Notes: a model not told the origin generated them from the letters alone. Counted from the first letter of the stretch, positions 37,670 through 48,369 are shown. The stretch: 64,000 nt of DNA from Myxococcales bacterium (GCA_033578775.1 JAVQWY010000014.1:1-64000); one strand, 5' to 3'. Translations and numbers: made by a program.

Positions 37670-39094
37670 CTAGAACCGAATAAAGTTCGCGTCCGTGTAC
37701 AGCCGGTACAGGAGCTTCTTGAAGTTAAAATTCCCACCCGTCGGAGACACAAAATACTCCACCAGCTCCTTCGTCACACTCTCCGGCACCAGCGCCAGGT
37801 CCTGCACCACATCGTCCCGCGAGTACGCGTGGTTCCACGCACGAATCACAAAACACTGGTGCACCTGCGGGTCCTCTGCCATCGCCCGACCAAACTCCTG
37901 GAACGTGTTGGTCGGCTTCCCAAACTTCCACGCCAGCTGCTGGTTGCCCGCCGGCAGATAATCTTGAATCTGCGCCCACGGCGAGTCCGTCACCGGCACC
38001 GGCACCATGTACTGCGTCGGGTTGTAGTAGCCCACCTGGTCAAACCCGGCAAACAGCGGCGTCCGCCGGTTCAGCGTCGTGTGGCACCCCTGACACCCAC
38101 GCGCCAGCGAAAAATCCACATAGTCCCGGCTGTTGGTCGTCCCCCCACCCCGCACCCGCCGCACCGTCCAGCTCGGCCGCGTCGACTGCAGGTCCGACGA
38201 CGTCACGCTGTACTCCGGCCACGGCGAGGCATACAGCGTCGAGCCAATCTGCTTCGGCATCGCCGCAAACTCCGCCGGATACCGCGTGCAGGCAAAAATC
38301 TCCTGAATCGCACGCGCCCGCCGGAACCCCATGTTCGAAAAATACGTCGCCTGGAACCCAGGATTGGTCAAAATCCCCGCCTGCTGCCCCTCCGGCACGT
38401 TGTTGCCCATCGACGCCAGGCTCACCCCGTTGACCACCACCGTCCCCGTCGCCGCGCAGCTGCCGTCTCGGAACGTCGCGGTGGCCGGGTCAAACGTCGG
38501 GCACGTGTTGCGGTCCTGCGTGAACAGCAGCCGCATGTCCCGGTCCTCTGCCACCAGCCGCGCCGCAAACGCAGGCCCCGTCTCCAAACTCACCCCACGC
38601 ACCGCCGTGGTCGAGTCGCCAAACAGCCCCGAGATGCTGTCCCCCATCCGCAGCACGTTCCGCCAGTACTGCATCATCTGCCGGTTGAACGTCTGCGGCG
38701 TGTCAATGTAGCTGCGCACCAGGTCCCCGTACACCTTGGCCGGGTCCCGCTCGCTGCCATCGCTGGCCCCAGCTGCCACCGCCGCCTGCAGCCGGCGAAT
38801 CTCAGCCAGCGTCGGCAGGTCCCCACGCAGCTTCAGCGCCGCCGTGCGCAGCGCCAGCCCGTAGTCCACCGACCGGTCGCTCACCCCCACCGACCCAGCG
38901 CTGGAGCGCACCCCCAGCCCCGACTTGACCGGCTGGTACGTCCCCAGATTCAGCACCGGCGGCGAGTCCACCCCCTGGTGAACATAGTCCACCGGTCGCC
39001 CCTGCTCCGGCTGCCCAGCCTGCATCCCCCCGCAGCCAGATACCACCCCCACCCCCAGCGCCAACAGGGTTGGAATATGGGTTTTCCTCTTCAT
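37670..39094 (-). CDS. lipoprotein with CxxCH heme-binding motif (DUF15xx / planctomycete-cytochrome-like)
   Basis: Lipobox 'GVVSGC'. Single 'CQGCH' motif. The C-terminus ends '...FIRF'. GAGGAG RBS before the chosen ATG. Confidence 0.5.
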   Translation of the reverse strand: MKRKTHIPTLLALGVGVVSGCGGMQAGQPEQGRPVDYVHQGVDSPPVLNLGTYQPVKSGLGVRSSAGSVGVSDRSVDYGLALRTAALKLRGDLPTLAEIRRLQAAVAAGASDGSERDPAKVYGDLVRSYIDTPQTFNRQMMQYWRNVLRMGDSISGLFGDSTTAVRGVSLETGPAFAARLVAEDRDMRLLFTQDRNTCPTFDPATATFRDGSCAATGTVVVNGVSLASMGNNVPEGQQAGILTNPGFQATYFSNMGFRRARAIQEIFACTRYPAEFAAMPKQIGSTLYASPWPEYSVTSSDLQSTRPSWTVRRVRGGGTTNSRDYVDFSLARGCQGCHTTLNRRTPLFAGFDQVGYYNPTQYMVPVPVTDSPWAQIQDYLPAGNQQLAWKFGKPTNTFQEFGRAMAEDPQVHQCFVIRAWNHAYSRDDVVQDLALVPESVTKELVEYFVSPTGGNFNFKKLLYRLYTDANFIRF

Positions 39095-39137
39095 CGCATG
39101 TCTCCTCATGATCACATCAAAATAGCCTTAGACATCC

Positions 39138-40430
39138 TCAGTTGGCTTCCGCGTTGCGCCACGCATCCAGGACCGCAGTGAATTGAGTGTGACACGTAGG
39201 GGGGAACCCAGCCGTGGTGCAGTTGGTTGCGTTGAAGCGGTACGGGTGGCTCACCATCGAGGTTGGGTTGGTATTGATCTCCAGCGTGCGGCTGGTGTTG
39301 TAAAACTTCAGCTCCTCACACAGCTCCCTGTTCTTCTTGTCGTCGAGTGGCAACTTGAGCCCGTCGAGCATGTTGATTCCCCCCGCCACCCCCGTGTTGT
39401 CGTGACACCCCATGCGGGTGCAGGACTGGTTGGCGCGCAAATACGGTGCCACCTGGTTGTTAAACACATTCAGGCCAGCGGGCTTGCACGGGTTGGATCC
39501 TGGCAGGGGTGGCAGAACATTCAGCACGTCGAAGACCATGCTCAGGGCGGAGCCTGCCCGGAATTGCGTCAGCGTGAACAGACCCGGAATGATGAGGTTA
39601 CCCGTGCCAGGGATGTTCCGTGTCGTACCCTCTGGGTCGTCGTCATCCTGGAAGAGGCGGATGGTCCGGTCAGTGGTAGCAAAGTTGTCGCCTGGATCGG
39701 GCAGGGGCAAGCCGTTGTTCCAGACGACGAACAAGATCCGTTGCATCCGGATGGTGCGCTGCTCCGTCGGCTGGGCATTCTGCTTGACGTTGAAGAAGCG
39801 CAGATCGCTGATCTCGACGCCGCGGCCCCCTGGCAACGGCGTGGTGCGGAACTGGAAGTAGGCGCCGCTGAACAGGTCGCCGATGGAATCCAGGCGGACC
39901 TGGGTAATGCCGTTGAGCACGGGATAGAAAGGACGGACGGCGGGCTTGAAAGTCGGTGCGACCAGGGCCAGCCGCTCCTGCTGTTCCAGCTTCAGCCACT
40001 CCAGCACAATGCCGCACTGATCGTTGCAGCCGGTGTCGAAGCCTACCAGCGCAGGGCCCTCGTGAACGCCCTTGCGGATGAACTTGCTCTGGGCAGGGTC
40101 GTCTAGGCGGATAAAGTCAGGCCAGCTGACCATCGTTGGATATGGATCGTCGGTGCCAGGGGCAGGCTTGAGGAAGCCGGGCCCAACGCCCCCCTCGACC
40201 CTGTGGCAGCCGCCACAGGTGGGCTGGATGGACGGCAACACCTGGGTGTTAAAGTAGGCCCGCGCCGAGACCCTGCTGGTTGCATCAATGGTGGGCTCGC
40301 GCATATCGGGCGCTTCCATCGGTACCTCAATCTCAGGTGGCGTTTGTGGTCTGGGAGAGCTGGGCAGACAGCCACCCAGGGCAACCCCCCACACAGCGGC
40401 CCACAGCGGAGCAAGAAGTGGTCTTGTCAT
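39138..40430 (-). CDS. lipoprotein with CxxCH motif(s), paralogous-type partner of the upstream gene
   Basis: Lipobox 'GVALGGC'. 'TCGGCH' motif plus further Cys-His pairs ('GCHDN', 'TCHTQ'). The N-terminal 140 codons of the long ORF were rejected as non-coding. Confidence 0.5.
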   Translation of the reverse strand: MTRPLLAPLWAAVWGVALGGCLPSSPRPQTPPEIEVPMEAPDMREPTIDATSRVSARAYFNTQVLPSIQPTCGGCHRVEGGVGPGFLKPAPGTDDPYPTMVSWPDFIRLDDPAQSKFIRKGVHEGPALVGFDTGCNDQCGIVLEWLKLEQQERLALVAPTFKPAVRPFYPVLNGITQVRLDSIGDLFSGAYFQFRTTPLPGGRGVEISDLRFFNVKQNAQPTEQRTIRMQRILFVVWNNGLPLPDPGDNFATTDRTIRLFQDDDDPEGTTRNIPGTGNLIIPGLFTLTQFRAGSALSMVFDVLNVLPPLPGSNPCKPAGLNVFNNQVAPYLRANQSCTRMGCHDNTGVAGGINMLDGLKLPLDDKKNRELCEELKFYNTSRTLEINTNPTSMVSHPYRFNATNCTTAGFPPTCHTQFTAVLDAWRNAEAN

Positions 40431-41039
40431 GGTCACTTGTCCCTGCACATTCCTTCCAGGTTGGATATTTTGCGATTTCCGTGCCAACATGGCGGTGCCG
40501 AACATGGTGGTTCGGCTCCGTGAGCCTTTGGCAAAGGTTGTTGACACCTCAGATTCGCACCTCTCCATATGCGGATATCTGCATGTGTTCCCGCCGGCAC
40601 CATTCCGGGGATCGTTTTCGGCCATGTGGCCGTAACCAGCTGGGAGACACGAGGCTGGCACAGAAGGACCCACTGCAATTATACAACACAGTGGGACAGA
40701 GGCGCAAATTGGAGGATCAAAAAACAAAACAGGAAGGTACAGGAACACAAGGCCCCACTCGGGGCAGGCATCTGGGGACGCGGACCCGGACCATCTGCGC
40801 GCCGACCTCAATGACAGGGGACACAAGACCCCACCCACAGTGGCCATCTGGGGGTCAACCAGCCCCTGCAGTGCGAGACAAGATATGGCTAGAACCTCTG
40901 CTCCCTGGCAGGTTGGCGTCCCTGATGTTGGCGCCGCGCGTCCTCAGGGAGGAGACAATCTATCCTCTCACAGGCCTTGCTCGTAGGTGATGACCCTGAT
41001 GATGGCGCCGCGCGCCTCTAGGGGGGAGACAACGTAGGA

Positions 41040-42746
41040 TTAGAACCCCTGCTCTTCGTAGAACGCGGCGAAGCGGCTCAGGTCTCCGACCCAGACGTCG
41101 CGACCCTGGAGCGCGTCGAGGAAGGCAACCAGTGCCTGGGTGCGACCGGGACGCCTGCTCGGGTGCACCAGCAGCAGGGTGGGCGCGCCCGTCACGAGGT
41201 TGCGGTCCACCACCGCCAACCACTGCGCCACCCGCTCAGGGATGTTTCCCTCGTCGAGCCCTCGGTCGCTCAGGGCAAGAGGGTACTCGATGACCGGATA
41301 GATATCGTAGCCACCAGGGCGGCTGCGCACCGCGCGGTGGGGGAAGTTGGTGCGCACCAGGCCACCGGCGCGGACCGAACTGCGCAGGTAACCGCCGGCA
41401 ACAAGCTGCTCGTAGTAGGCGGGCGGTGTCAGGAGGAAGCCAGGCCGGAAGGCAGCCACGCGGATGCCCAGGTCCTCCTCTAGCAGGTAGCGGCTGACCT
41501 GGATTTCGCCCACCAGCGAACCGCCTTGGGTCTGGCCTTGGTCGTAGCGGGGCAGGTAATTGGCGGCGCTCTCCCCGTCGAGTGCCACCGGCAGGCGATG
41601 GAAGTCAGGGAAATGGCCGAACGAGTGGCTGCCCACGTCGAACCCATCGGCGACAAGACGGCGCAGGCCGTGTATCATCGCCCGGGTGTAGACGGCACCC
41701 ATGAGCCCATTGCGGTAAGCGGATGTGGTCACCAGATAGGTCGCGCGCACGCCACGGGCGCGTTCGGCCTCTGCGAAGTGATGCATGATCTGGGCCGAGT
41801 AGGGCGAGTCGCAGTCGTGCGTCAAGATCACCGCTGCCCGATGGCCATCGGGCGCTGTCCGGCGGACCCGTGGGGACGGCGCATGCAGCAGGTAGAAGCG
41901 ACGGAGTAGCAGCGGCAGCAGGTCCCCTTGAATATAGTGTCGGTTGGTATACTCGTCAGAGAAACCGAGCCCTAGACCGGACAGTAGATCCAAATAGTAC
42001 TGGGTGCGCAGGCCGAGAACGTACAGCGCACCACGCTGCACCAAGGCCGCGCTGCCATCGTCGAAGCGGGCCAGCACCCGCGCGCCGCCGTCCTGGACGG
42101 CGTAGCCTACGGTCGGCGTCACGGCGCCGGCTCCAGTGAGAGGTAGTTTGCTAATGGCAATACTACGCAGCTCCTCCAGCAGCGGACTGGGCTCATCGGC
42201 GAGGAGCAACTCTCGGCGATCTCCCATCGGGGCCACAGCCTGAATACCGGCGAGTGCATACAACCGGGTGGCTCGCGGCGCTACCAGCAGAACGGCTGTG
42301 CCGGCCTGAAGGGCAGCAGCGAGCCGGTCCGCGGCGTCCTTGGTGATTGTGGCATCGGTCAGCTCGCCCACAACGACCACCACACGGTACGCTGGAAGCT
42401 GGCTCGGCCGTGCTATGGACTCGCTGGGGATGCCCATGGTCGCCAGAGCATGGCGTACGGCTGTGCTGTCGCGGCTGGGGGCCGCGCCCACTTCCCAGAT
42501 GCCCACGATGGTGCCGACGGCGGGAATGGGGCGGGGCTGGGGGGTGGGGGGATAGGCTGGCACCGGCGCGCCCGGCCGGGGATAGGGGGCGGCCTCATCG
42601 CCATCGGTCAGCATGTCCAGCGGATCGATGCCGTGCTCGTCGGGGAGCGAGGTCGGGGGTTCGTCGACAGGGGCCGGAGTGGTCTGGGTGCAGCTCAGGG
42701 CAAACGCTAGCATGAGGGCTTGGATAGTTCGATGTATTGCTCTCAC
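41040..42746 (-). CDS. polysaccharide deacetylase (CE4) family lipoprotein
   Basis: NodB-type motifs 'LTHDCDS' and 'GSHSFGH'. Lipoprotein signal 'ALMLAFALSC' when started at the GTG at 42746. Confidence 0.7.
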   Translation of the reverse strand: MRAIHRTIQALMLAFALSCTQTTPAPVDEPPTSLPDEHGIDPLDMLTDGDEAAPYPRPGAPVPAYPPTPQPRPIPAVGTIVGIWEVGAAPSRDSTAVRHALATMGIPSESIARPSQLPAYRVVVVVGELTDATITKDAADRLAAALQAGTAVLLVAPRATRLYALAGIQAVAPMGDRRELLLADEPSPLLEELRSIAISKLPLTGAGAVTPTVGYAVQDGGARVLARFDDGSAALVQRGALYVLGLRTQYYLDLLSGLGLGFSDEYTNRHYIQGDLLPLLLRRFYLLHAPSPRVRRTAPDGHRAAVILTHDCDSPYSAQIMHHFAEAERARGVRATYLVTTSAYRNGLMGAVYTRAMIHGLRRLVADGFDVGSHSFGHFPDFHRLPVALDGESAANYLPRYDQGQTQGGSLVGEIQVSRYLLEEDLGIRVAAFRPGFLLTPPAYYEQLVAGGYLRSSVRAGGLVRTNFPHRAVRSRPGGYDIYPVIEYPLALSDRGLDEGNIPERVAQWLAVVDRNLVTGAPTLLLVHPSRRPGRTQALVAFLDALQGRDVWVGDLSRFAAFYEEQGF

Positions 42747-42749
42747 GAT

Positions 42750-43800
42750 CGGCTTCCTTGCAATATCTCCTTGAGGAGAGGGTAGAGATGGCCCCCCCTG
42801 GCGACAACATTTCCTGTTTCGCGTAGAGCAAACAGCTTGCTATGGGATGACAAGCGTGATGGGTACTGCGGCATTTGTTTCGCCCGTCGGCACCACCTCC
42901 AGCGGCTGGTTCGGGAGCGAGACCCCATCGCCACTGTTGGACCAGAGCGTATGAGGGAAGGCGCGCTTGCGGTCCAGGATCGCGGTCGCCCAGTATGGTC
43001 CGGGGTGAATCTGGGTGAATCTGATCGATCTACTACCAGCTCGGCGCGCAATGCCCCGACAGGCACCGCAGCGCTGAGGCTCCGGCTGACGGCGCAAACG
43101 CCTGCCAGGCTGCAGTCCTGGACAGCTCCTAACACAAATAGGACCTGCCACACATTTGCCTCCTGCGGCAGGGGGGTGCTGTCACGATACGGCAACGCGC
43201 AGCCGCGGCAGGGGGGCAACGGGCCATCGCCTGGCAGCGGATCGAGATCGACGGGGAGGGGCTGGGGCAGGGAGTGTGGTTCCAGGCGACGAGCACGCCA
43301 CAGCAGGTGAGCTGAGCCGCGCACGCTCACCTTCAGCTGGAGCTGATCATCCCCGTCCAGCTGGAAGCGGGCATCGATGTAGCCGCAGCCTCTCTCGATG
43401 GAGCAGAAGCGTGGGGGGCCGATCCGTCGAGAAATGCGGTGCGGGAGTCACGCACCAGACCCATAAACAGACCACCATTGCGGAAGACGAGCACCGGCCG
43501 CTCGCCACGGCGCTCCACCGCGAAGGCAAAGCGCGGGTTTTTTTCAGCGCGCGAAAAGAGCGTCTACGGGCCTGCTGCGCGTAGGTCCATACTCACAAGA
43601 GGAAAAGATCCCAATATCGTATAGGTGGCAGGGCCGCTCCACAACCCGGCAAGGCGGGGCAACAGCTCCAGGCCCGCCACTGGTCCGGACGGAGCACCGC
43701 TCTCGGATGGAGTCACCCAGCTGCGGCTGCAGCGAACAGGATCGTCCAGGGGGTGGTTCGTAACATGGCCCTTCCTTTGGTAGCAGATGGCAGCAGATAC
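42750..43800 (-). pseudogene. degraded region: no intact ORF; 17-codon remnant with strong RBS directly after the ABC ATPase
   Basis: A 'ccaaaggaagggccATG' start is followed by 'MLRTTPWTILFAAAAAG*'. Then only fragmentary, frame-switching ORFs for about 1 kb. Confidence 0.3.
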
Positions 43801-43805
43801 CGCGC

Positions 43806-44558
43806 CTAGAAGCCGGGCGTCTCCATCGGACCTTCAGCCCGACCGGAGATGAACTGCTGCACCACCTCGTCGGTGCTGCGGCGAAGCTGATCCGGAGTGC
43901 CCAGGGCGTGAACCTTGCCCTGGTAAAGGAACGCGATGCGATCGGCAATGGAGAAGATTGAGGTCAGATCATGCGACACGACGACGGTGGTCACACCCAG
44001 GTCCCGGGACAGCCCCCGGATGAGGGCATCGACCCGCCGCGCGCTGACGGGGTCCAGCCCAGTGGTAGGCTCATCGAACAGAATGTATTCAGGCTCCATC
44101 GTGAGCGCGCGCGCGATGGCCACGCGCTTGCGCATTCCGTCCGATAGTGCTGCGGGCAGCAGATCGGCAAACTCGGACATCTGCACCCGATCGAGGTAAG
44201 CCCTGGCCTGCTCGCGGGCCCGCGCACTCGAGAGACGGCGATGCTTGATGAGGGGCAGCGCGACGTTGTCGAGCACGGTCATCGAATCCAGCAAGGTCGA
44301 GTGCTGGAAGACCATCGCGCAGCGGCGCCGGACCGCATACATGTGGCGCTCGTCTAGGTCATCGATGCGCTGGCCATCGAGCAGAATCTCCCCTCGGTCA
44401 GGACGAATCAGCCCCACCACGTGCTTGATGGTTACCGACTTGCCGACGCCGGAAGCACCAATGATGAACAGGATTTCCCCGCGCATGACGCGCAGGTCGA
44501 TGCCACGCAGCACAACCTGGCCGCCAAAGGACTTCCAGATGTTGCGAAACTCAATCAA
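43806..44558 (-). CDS. ABC transporter ATP-binding protein (MlaF/Ttg2A-like)
   Basis: Walker A 'GASGVGKS', signature '[15 protein letters not shown]', Walker B '[11 protein letters not shown]'. No permease gene is intact nearby. Confidence 0.85.
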   Translation of the reverse strand: MIEFRNIWKSFGGQVVLRGIDLRVMRGEILFIIGASGVGKSVTIKHVVGLIRPDRGEILLDGQRIDDLDERHMYAVRRRCAMVFQHSTLLDSMTVLDNVALPLIKHRRLSSARAREQARAYLDRVQMSEFADLLPAALSDGMRKRVAIARALTMEPEYILFDEPTTGLDPVSARRVDALIRGLSRDLGVTTVVVSHDLTSIFSIADRIAFLYQGKVHALGTPDQLRRSTDEVVQQFISGRAEGPMETPGF

Positions 44559-44612
44559 GGCCCTGCCGGGCAGTATAGCCGGCTTCGGGATGGCACAGAC
44601 GTCGGGAAATCT

Positions 44613-44918
44613 TCAGGGGCGGCTGCGTCGGCGGTTTGCTCTCGGCTGGTTGACGGTGACGCTGCGAGTCGGTGAGGCAGCCTCTGCCTGCAAGGGCCCC
44701 GCCTGCACGAACAGCTCGCCAGGGTTGACCTTGAGCGCTGCCGCCAGCCGCGCCACCGTGCGCAGGCTCATGTTCACCTGGCCCGTCTCTAGGCGCTGGT
44801 AGTTTCGCAACCCGCACTCGATGCGCAGCGCCATGGCCTCCTGGGTCAGGCCCGCCGCATACCGGAGCTGCTTGAGCCGGGCCCCCACGCTGGCAATCAG
44901 AGCATCCTCGTCAATCAT
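44613..44918 (-). CDS. XRE-family helix-turn-helix transcriptional regulator
   Basis: 'LRYAAGLTQEAMALRIECGLRNYQRLETGQ' is a typical HTH_XRE. Confidence 0.7.
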   Translation of the reverse strand: MIDEDALIASVGARLKQLRYAAGLTQEAMALRIECGLRNYQRLETGQVNMSLRTVARLAAALKVNPGELFVQAGPLQAEAASPTRSVTVNQPRANRRRSRP

Positions 44919-45132
44919 GCCAGCCAGGCTAGCAGGCGTCTGCCAGGCTGCAAACGATCAAAGGGGATCGTGGATAGATGTGTACGTATAAAAGATTGCT
45001 CGATTTTTTTGAAAGATGTGCCAGTTTTGCCCGCCCCTTGCGGAGCGCAACCTGACCTCCCTCTTCCAGGACGGGGGCGTAGATGCTAGGGTGCCCCCAT
45101 CGGAGGATCCGGTGCGTCCACGCAGTCTCCAA

Positions 45133-45810
45133 ATGGTTTTGGTCGGCGCGGCGATCGGACTGGCCGCATGCCCTGAACCGCCCCCAGCGCCTACGGCCCA
45201 GGAGGTGGCGGAACGCCTGCGAGCTGACCCGGAGTTCTTGCGCATGGTGACTGGGCCGCCAGGCCCCCCGGGGCGGGATGGCGAACGGGGTGAGCCAGGC
45301 CCGCGTGGAGAACGGGGCGACAAGGGCGACAAGGGCGAACGGGGTGAGCCAGGCCCACGCGGAGAGCGGGGCGAGCGGGGTGAGCCGGGCCCAGCCGGGC
45401 CACCTGGGATGACCGGTCCTGCTGGCCCCCCCGGCCCTAAGGGCGATAGCGGGGTTGGTAAGTTCTGCGGCGAGAGCGCGCCCAGCAAGGGCATGGCGGT
45501 CAGCGGGGGGATGGTCGGCGCCCGCGCGGCCAAGCGGCTGTGCGAGACCGCCTGTGGGGACGCGCAGGCGCACGTGTGCACCAAGACCGAGGTGTCGCTG
45601 AGCTGGCAAGCGGGGCTGCGCCCCCGGGCCAACGCCTGGATCAGCCACCCCGGTCCCTACCCCCACGGCGCCATCACGATCTCGGACTGCAGCCCCCTGG
45701 TGGGCGACGGCGATCAGTGGGTCGACAGCAGCAATGGCCTCTATGGCTCCGTCTGGTTCGGCGGTGGAGAGCGCTGCGATACCTCTCTGCCCTTTGCTTG
45801 CTGCAAATGA
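45133..45810 (+). CDS. collagen-triple-helix-repeat lipoprotein with Cys-rich C-terminal globular domain
   Basis: Lipobox 'IGLAAC'. About 25 uninterrupted G-X-Y triplets ('[67 protein letters not shown]'). A C-terminal domain of about 110 aa with 8 Cys. Confidence 0.7.
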   Translation: MVLVGAAIGLAACPEPPPAPTAQEVAERLRADPEFLRMVTGPPGPPGRDGERGEPGPRGERGDKGDKGERGEPGPRGERGERGEPGPAGPPGMTGPAGPPGPKGDSGVGKFCGESAPSKGMAVSGGMVGARAAKRLCETACGDAQAHVCTKTEVSLSWQAGLRPRANAWISHPGPYPHGAITISDCSPLVGDGDQWVDSSNGLYGSVWFGGGERCDTSLPFACCK

Positions 45811-47321
45811 CCTCGCAGCAGGGCACGGGTGCGGCCCCACAGGCCTTGCCGCCGTGACTGCCGCCACCACTGCCCTACGGCCCGGCCCAGCGCAGCGACC
45901 CCGAACCAGATGAGCAGCAGCGAGAGAAACCCGCCCACGATACGAGGCTGCCACAGACCCAGCCCGCCCGCTCCTAGGAGCAGCGCACCGGTTGCCCCAG
46001 CCACAGACCAGGTGTTCTGTTCGAACTGACGCCGCAACGCCGCCCCCAGCACCGCAGCGCTGGCCCGGGCCATGGCCGCTCCGGCCCGCCCTGTCGGCGG
46101 AGCCAGGTCCCGACGCCGTCGGCCCGACGGCCCCGCTCGGCCTGCCCCCATCGGCTGACGGGAGCCCTGGATCATGACCGGCACCGCCCGCTGAATGTGC
46201 CCCTGGAACCGTCGACGCCGCGTGCGCAAAATCAGCTCCCGGGCGTTGCCTATGTCCTCGAGAAACATCTCCTCCATGGCCCTGGCCAGGGTCGCGTCCT
46301 CGACGGTCACATCCAACTCCCAGTTGGTCAGCAAGCTGGCCAGGTTCAGGTTCGAGGAGCCGACGCGACACCACAGCCCATCAATGACCGAGGTCTTGGC
46401 ATGGAGCATGGGCCCCTCCCATTCGAAGATGCGCACGCCGGCACGGAGCAGGCCCGTGTAGCCAGCCCGGCCAATCCAGGATACCCAGGGCAGGTCTGAC
46501 CGACCTGGCACCAGCACCCGCACGTCGACGCCATCGCGAGCCGCCGCCAGCAGGGCCTCATAGAGAGGCGGCGGGGTGAGAAAATAGGCATCGGTCAGCC
46601 AGATTCGCCGGCACGCCAGCGACAGCAGCACCTGAATGATGCGGTAGATCCGCGACCGACCCGGCAACCCGGAAATGACGCGCACCGGCGCTCCCCCCCT
46701 TCGTTTGTCCGGCGGCGGCAGCGGGGGCAGGTGGGCAGCTGGCAACGGTGGACCGGCTGCGCTCCACGTTTCGTTGAAGGCGCGGCACAGTGCCACCGCT
46801 GCGGGGCCGACGATCCGCACGGCAGTGTCCCGCCACGGCGGGATGCCCTGAGCAGGATCGCCAGCCCAGGCGTCCCCCACACACAGGCCCCCAACGTAGC
46901 CGATCCGGCCGTCCACGCAGAGGCTCTTGCGGTGGTTGCGCTGCACCGAGCGGATCGGATCGCTCAGGCGCGGGGGGTTGAAGACCCGGACGTCAACCCC
47001 GCCTTCGGCCAAGCGCCGCCACAGCCGACGGCTCGTGCCGATGCAGCCGAACCAGTCATAGAGCAAGTGAACCGCCACACCGGCCGCGGCACGCTCGATG
47101 AGCGCATCGGCAATGGCGTTGCCCGTTCGATCATTATTAAAAATGTAGTTCTCGAAGAGGACAAAATGCTGCGCCGAGGCGATGTCCTGAATCCAGGCTG
47201 GAAACACCTCAGGGCCATCGCGCAGCAAGGTCACCTCGTTGCCTGCGATCGGAGGGGCCTCGCCAGCCCGGGTCAGGGCCCACGGCGGCAGGACCGGGTC
47301 AGCCATTGTTTCGTCAGTCAA
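45741..47321 (-). CDS. phospholipase D / cardiolipin-synthase family protein
   Basis: Two HKD motifs: 'HRKSLCVDG' and 'HAKTSVIDG'. The 3' end overlaps the collagen-like gene convergently by about 70 bp. Confidence 0.8.
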   Translation of the reverse strand: MTDETMADPVLPPWALTRAGEAPPIAGNEVTLLRDGPEVFPAWIQDIASAQHFVLFENYIFNNDRTGNAIADALIERAAAGVAVHLLYDWFGCIGTSRRLWRRLAEGGVDVRVFNPPRLSDPIRSVQRNHRKSLCVDGRIGYVGGLCVGDAWAGDPAQGIPPWRDTAVRIVGPAAVALCRAFNETWSAAGPPLPAAHLPPLPPPDKRRGGAPVRVISGLPGRSRIYRIIQVLLSLACRRIWLTDAYFLTPPPLYEALLAAARDGVDVRVLVPGRSDLPWVSWIGRAGYTGLLRAGVRIFEWEGPMLHAKTSVIDGLWCRVGSSNLNLASLLTNWELDVTVEDATLARAMEEMFLEDIGNARELILRTRRRRFQGHIQRAVPVMIQGSRQPMGAGRAGPSGRRRRDLAPPTGRAGAAMARASAAVLGAALRRQFEQNTWSVAGATGALLLGAGGLGLWQPRIVGGFLSLLLIWFGVAALGRAVGQWWRQSRRQGLWGRTRALLRGHLQQAKGREVSQRSPPPNQTEP

Positions 47322-47373
47322 GCAAGGCAGAACCTAGCACGGGCCAGGCCAGGTGTTGGCCACCTGTTGGCCC

Positions 47374-48042
47374 CTAGTGGCTCGCTGGTGTGCACAATGG
47401 CGGCTCGCCCCACTGCGGCGGGCGCGCGAACGGATCGCAGCAGCCCGGCTGGCCCGATGACCCCATGCACCGGTAGCGCAGCGGGCCAACATCGCACCGC
47501 ACCGAGCACGTCGCACCATCTCTGCAACAGGTGGCAGGAACCAGAGCGAACACCCCCAGATGGGTGGTCTGCGCCCACAGCAGCGACGGGGAGCGCCCTT
47601 GCCCCGGCAGCGGCAGCCAGGCCGTGGTCTGCGGCAGCAACCGGCCCACCCGGGCCACCGTCATTTCCTGCATGTCCTGCTGGGTTGCGATGCTCACCTT
47701 GAGCGGACGATGGAGCAGCAGGCTCTCAGGGCCGATGCGGACCGGCGCAATGGACGGCGGCTCCAGCGGAACGGTCAGGTCGCCTGGCTCCACCTGGGCT
47801 CCCGGACGAACCGGCGTGAGCGTGATGCGCACCGTCTCGGCCAGCGCCCCCGGGGGAAACTCCACCGTGACCGGGCCGACGCTCAGCCGCCCGCCCCCGG
47901 GCCCTAGCAGACGGGCACCGCCCACCACGGACAAATCCGCACCCCCTGAGTGCAACTCGGCCTCTGGCTCGGTGGCTGACATCGTGCAGGCCACCAGCCC
48001 GGCCTGCGCAGCCAGGACCAGGCATGGGGCAACCCTCCGCAT
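47374..48042 (-). CDS. hypothetical lipoprotein
   Basis: Lipobox 'GLVAC'. Cys-rich C-terminus 'CCRDGATCSVRCD'. Confidence 0.45.
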   Translation of the reverse strand: MRRVAPCLVLAAQAGLVACTMSATEPEAELHSGGADLSVVGGARLLGPGGGRLSVGPVTVEFPPGALAETVRITLTPVRPGAQVEPGDLTVPLEPPSIAPVRIGPESLLLHRPLKVSIATQQDMQEMTVARVGRLLPQTTAWLPLPGQGRSPSLLWAQTTHLGVFALVPATCCRDGATCSVRCDVGPLRYRCMGSSGQPGCCDPFARPPQWGEPPLCTPASH

Positions 48043-48066
48043 GAGCTAGCACGTGCTTGCGGGCAC

Positions 48067-48369
48067 TTATTTGCGAAAACGCGACAGGTTGGCCGGCAAC
48101 TCCGCGAGCGGCGGGAACGTCATGTCCGGATGAAGGCGGACGGCCCGGTTGTACAGCGTCTCCTCGCTTTCCCGGTTGTTCGGATCGGGGATGCAGCACT
48201 CGACGGGGCACACCGCCTGGCAAGCCTCATAGTCGTGGAACCCGACGCACTCTGTGCACAGGTTCGGGTCGATGACGTAGATGTCCTCCCCCTCCGAGAT
48301 CGCCTCATTCGGGCACTCGGGCTCGCACGCACCGCAGTTGATGCACTCCTCCGTAATCATGGTGGCCAT
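48067..48369 (-). CDS. 4Fe-4S ferredoxin (YfhL-like)
   Basis: 'CINCGACEPECP' and 'CTECVGFHDYEACQAVCP' cluster motifs. Confidence 0.85.
   Translation of the reverse strand: MATMITEECINCGACEPECPNEAISEGEDIYVIDPNLCTECVGFHDYEACQAVCPVECCIPDPNNRESEETLYNRAVRLHPDMTFPPLAELPANLSRFRK

Noticed and set aside
37592-39181. 529-aa plus-strand ORF antisense to the CxxCH lipoprotein
   Set aside because: Extremely Arg/His/Pro-rich and no RBS. The sense-strand gene has a lipobox and RBS.
43740-43770. 'GGTTCGTAA' T-loop-like motif, a possible tRNA
   Set aside because: No acceptor, D-arm or anticodon-arm pairing could be drawn around it. It is probably a chance match.
44929-46374. 481-aa minus-strand ORF spanning the collagen-like gene and the PLD 3' region
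   Set aside because: It spans two well-supported genes on both strands with Gly/Pro/Arg low-complexity translation. The poly-GPxG stretches are simply the other-frame readout of the collagen repeat.
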